The notes under the pieces: generated by a model
What the model was told of the DNA's origin: nothing
Seen by the model: only the letters and a program-made list of their open reading frames with translations
Databases searched by the model: none
Program-made: the position numbers and the translations under genes
Source: Chromera velia
Lineage: Eukaryota
DNA length: 57,364 nucleotides
NCBI GenBank assembly: GCA_018398765.1
Contig: JAHBMJ010000058.1
Span: forward strand, 1-57,364
Reading direction: 5' to 3'
Shown here: positions 54,501 through 57,364 of the stretch, one piece after another
Layout: each line of letters opens with the position of its first letter
Numbering within the stretch: position 1 is the stretch's first letter

Positions 54501-57331
54501 CACGTGCTGCTGCCTCTGTACCATCCTTCTCTTGGGAGTCGGCAGCAAGAGAGGAGAAGGCGCCGGGGCTTTTGAAAAACGTGCGGGGCACCCCTGTCTC
54601 CCTCTCGATGCCTTCCAGCCTCTGGGCCCTCTCCATTTCCGCAGGAGTCGGAGGCGGCAGGACGCCAGTATGCGCCTTTCGGGACCTCTGCTGCTGTTGC
54701 TTCTGTCGTCGTTCCGGGGGAGGCGGAGACTTGAGCTTCAGAGGCGCAGGCTCGAGTGCGGGAGGTACCTCGAGTCCCGCCTTCTTGGCAAAGTCTGAGC
54801 GCATCAGACTTTTGTACCATTTGGGAGCCGCTTTTTCGAGGGACGCCTTCATGTCTCTATTTGTTTTCCTTATCTCTAGGTTTTCTAATTCTTCCAATGT
54901 CTCAGGGACCTTCCAACTGAGAGGGTCCAGGTCGTTCTTGTACGACTCCAAGAATCTCTCTGTCTCCCACTCAGTCGGCCTCAGGATGGAAGCGGCCTGA
55001 GAGCCGTCTGGCATGCGGAAGCGCAGGGGGGTGCAGAAGAGATGGGTTCTCAGGGTGGACGAGCAGGGGCGGGGGAAGATTCGGCCCCTTCTGTGAGGAA
55101 GTGATCTGACACTTTGAATGGGAGGGGGGGACTCAGAAGGAGTCTCTGAGGTGTTTGGGGTTTGGGGAGCGGGCAGAGGGGGTGCATGCATGGCGGGTTC
55201 GTCTGGGGTGTGGGCAGTTGGTCGTCCTGTCACATTGGACGAGGGGAGTGAGGCATCCGGAGAAGAAGGTGGAGAATCCTCGTCTGCTGCTGCTGCTGCT
55301 GCTGCTGCCTTCTCTGCTTGGCTCTCTTTTTCTCTCTCCTCCATGTCTCTGACCCACTGAGGAATTTCGGCAGCAGGAGAGGAGTCAGAAAGAGAACTCT
55401 CTAAAGAAGGGGAAGGAGGAGAATCCTCTGCAGCGGCAGATACTGAGGGGGTGGAAGAAAACTCGTCATTGTGTCTCTCTTCAAAACTGAGTGTTTGTTC
55501 ACTCACATCCAGACGGGCGCTCCTCCTTCCCATCGCCTCTCCGTTCTCTGTATCCCCCCCACCTGCCTCTTCCTCTTCACCTGCTTCTTCTCTCTCATCG
55601 TCTTCCGCCTCGAAGGCTCCTCCCATCTTCTCCAATGGAGGCATGGAGAACCTCTTCATCCTCGACAACCCGCTTCTTCCCCTTGAGGAGAAACTCCCTA
55701 CCTCCTCCTCCATCTGCCGCCTGGATGCTTCGCTGAGAGCAGACTCTTTCTCCCTCTCTTTCGGATCCACGCTGCCCCTTTCCTTCTTCTCACTGGCAGG
55801 GAACCCCTGTTCCTTTGCGGGGGGGGGAGGGGACTTTTCGTAGCTGCAAAACACAGATGGACAGTCGAAATGCACCAATTTGGGAAACAGCCACGCAAGA
55901 CAGAAAGGAAATACAAGAGAGGTACACCGGCACAAACAGGATTTTTAGACGACCAGAAAAGGAACAAACGATTTGACCGGGTGTCCGTGTACACACCGAC
56001 GTATCCATCTGACAAGCAGTCAATCGATCAATCAAACAGTCAGTCGGTCAGCCTGTGAATCAGTCATCCCACCTGTTCTTCTTCTCGATCCGGCCTGCGC
56101 CTCCCCCCTCTCTCCATCCCCTTTCCCGCATCGAGGGGCCACAAGTCGCTGCACCCCCCTCATTCATTTGCCTTTTCTCTCTCTTGCTCTACATACTAGA
56201 TGGAACATTCACCCAGATTTTTTCTCTCCACTCTGCCCCCCTCGTGACCGACCTATTCAAGATGCTCTGGGTGACACCCAGGCGGGAGAGGAAACGGTTG
56301 GGGCCAACCCAGGTCTTGAAGTGCCCCACTAGCGACGGGACGTCGTCCTGTACGGGCATGTAGGGGGGGGGACCAGAAGAGAAGAGAAGAAAAGGGAAGA
56401 GAGGATCAGAATAAGAAAAATGGAAGTTTCTGCCAGAAGCAAATGAGAAACCAATAGTACCCTCTTGGAGGAAGTTCGGAAGAATCAGTAGTTGTCTGTC
56501 ATTGTTAAAAACCGTCCCCTGACAGCAGTTTTACTTCCTCAGCCATTAGAAAGCAATGAACTGACCTCTCGAAGCTTCTTGCCCAGAACAACACCGTCAA
56601 AACCCGCAGAGGCCAACTCTTCAATCTGCACAAACACGGGCACACGTACACACATAAGCATGTCTCTCTGCTGCCTTCTCAGATTCGCCTTCTCTCCCTC
56701 TCTCTCATACACACAAACGCTCTCCAACAAAGTTGGGTCTTCACTTCACACGTGACATGAGACCCGAAAGAGCACTCTGTGTGAAACGACGCTACCACCG
56801 CAATCAGATGGCTTTCCCTCTTCTAGATAAAGTGTTCCAAATGAACAAAGAGGTCAAGTCAAGGTGAGAGAGAGCACAAGAAACTTCAGGTTCATACACA
56901 CACCGCCAGACTGCATGTTTTTTTCTTCCCTTCTCTTTCCTTCTCGCTGACTGATGCACGCAGACTAAACAAAGCAGACAGCCAGGTACACTGTGTTCGC
57001 TCTCTCCCTTACATCATTTTTAATCCACTTGTCTATGCATTCGTTCACTCATTCAGCCATTCATTCATTCATTCATTCATAGACAGAGAGACAGACAGAC
57101 AGACAAGCAGACAGAAAGACAGACGCAGGCCGGCAGACACGCACGCACACAGGCAGCCTGACGATGGATGGAAAGAAAGAAGTGAGCAAGTCTTCCGACG
57201 CATCCTCCCACCTGCTCTTCAGACCGAATGCACCCACACGCCATGGTGATGATCTCAGGAGGCAGGATGGTCTTCCCCTCAATCGCCCTCTTCGGGTGCA
57301 ATAAGCCTTCCTGACGGTCCCAGTTGTTTAT
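51553..57331 (-). CDS. Large protein: IGPS/TrpC-like TIM-barrel segment followed by a ~1430-aa acidic low-complexity tail; 5' end outside window
   Basis: Exons INNWDRQEGLLHPKRAIEGKTILPPEIITMACG (~57234-57331), IEELASAGFDGVVLGKKLRE (~56566-56625), DDVPSLVGHFKTWVGPN (~56254-56348), then one open exon 51553-55844. The CDS is clear; the IGPS-like call is tentative. Confidence 0.7.
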
Positions 57332-57364
57332 CTGCACAGGGGGGGGGGACGGGGGGGGGGGGAC

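Overview
Eukaryotic, intron-rich genomic DNA with GT-AG introns full of (GT)n/(CT)n/(CCTG)n microsatellites, abundant TGCATGCA and four assembly gaps. The style suggests a chromerid/apicomplexan relative such as Chromera (inference only). Host genes: an HSL-family alpha/beta-hydrolase, a pseudogenised membrane-anchored cyclic-nucleotide phosphodiesterase, TRAPP subunit BET3, and a large minus-strand gene with an IGPS-like start and a ~1430-aa acidic tail. Mobile DNA: a complete non-autonomous LTR element plus a partial second copy, a CRE-type RLE non-LTR fragment, a palindrome-rich satellite hosting both, a hAT transposase fragment, and an APE-RT LINE with a 112-bp target duplication. The standout is a ~5.9-kb DNA transposon (45055-50993) with ~200-bp asymmetric TIRs. 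It carries a spliced RAG1/Transib-like DDE transposase and a second, convergently oriented unknown gene: a ProtoRAG-like layout in a probable protist, now disabled by stops and frameshifts. All calls are by eye; no searches were run.
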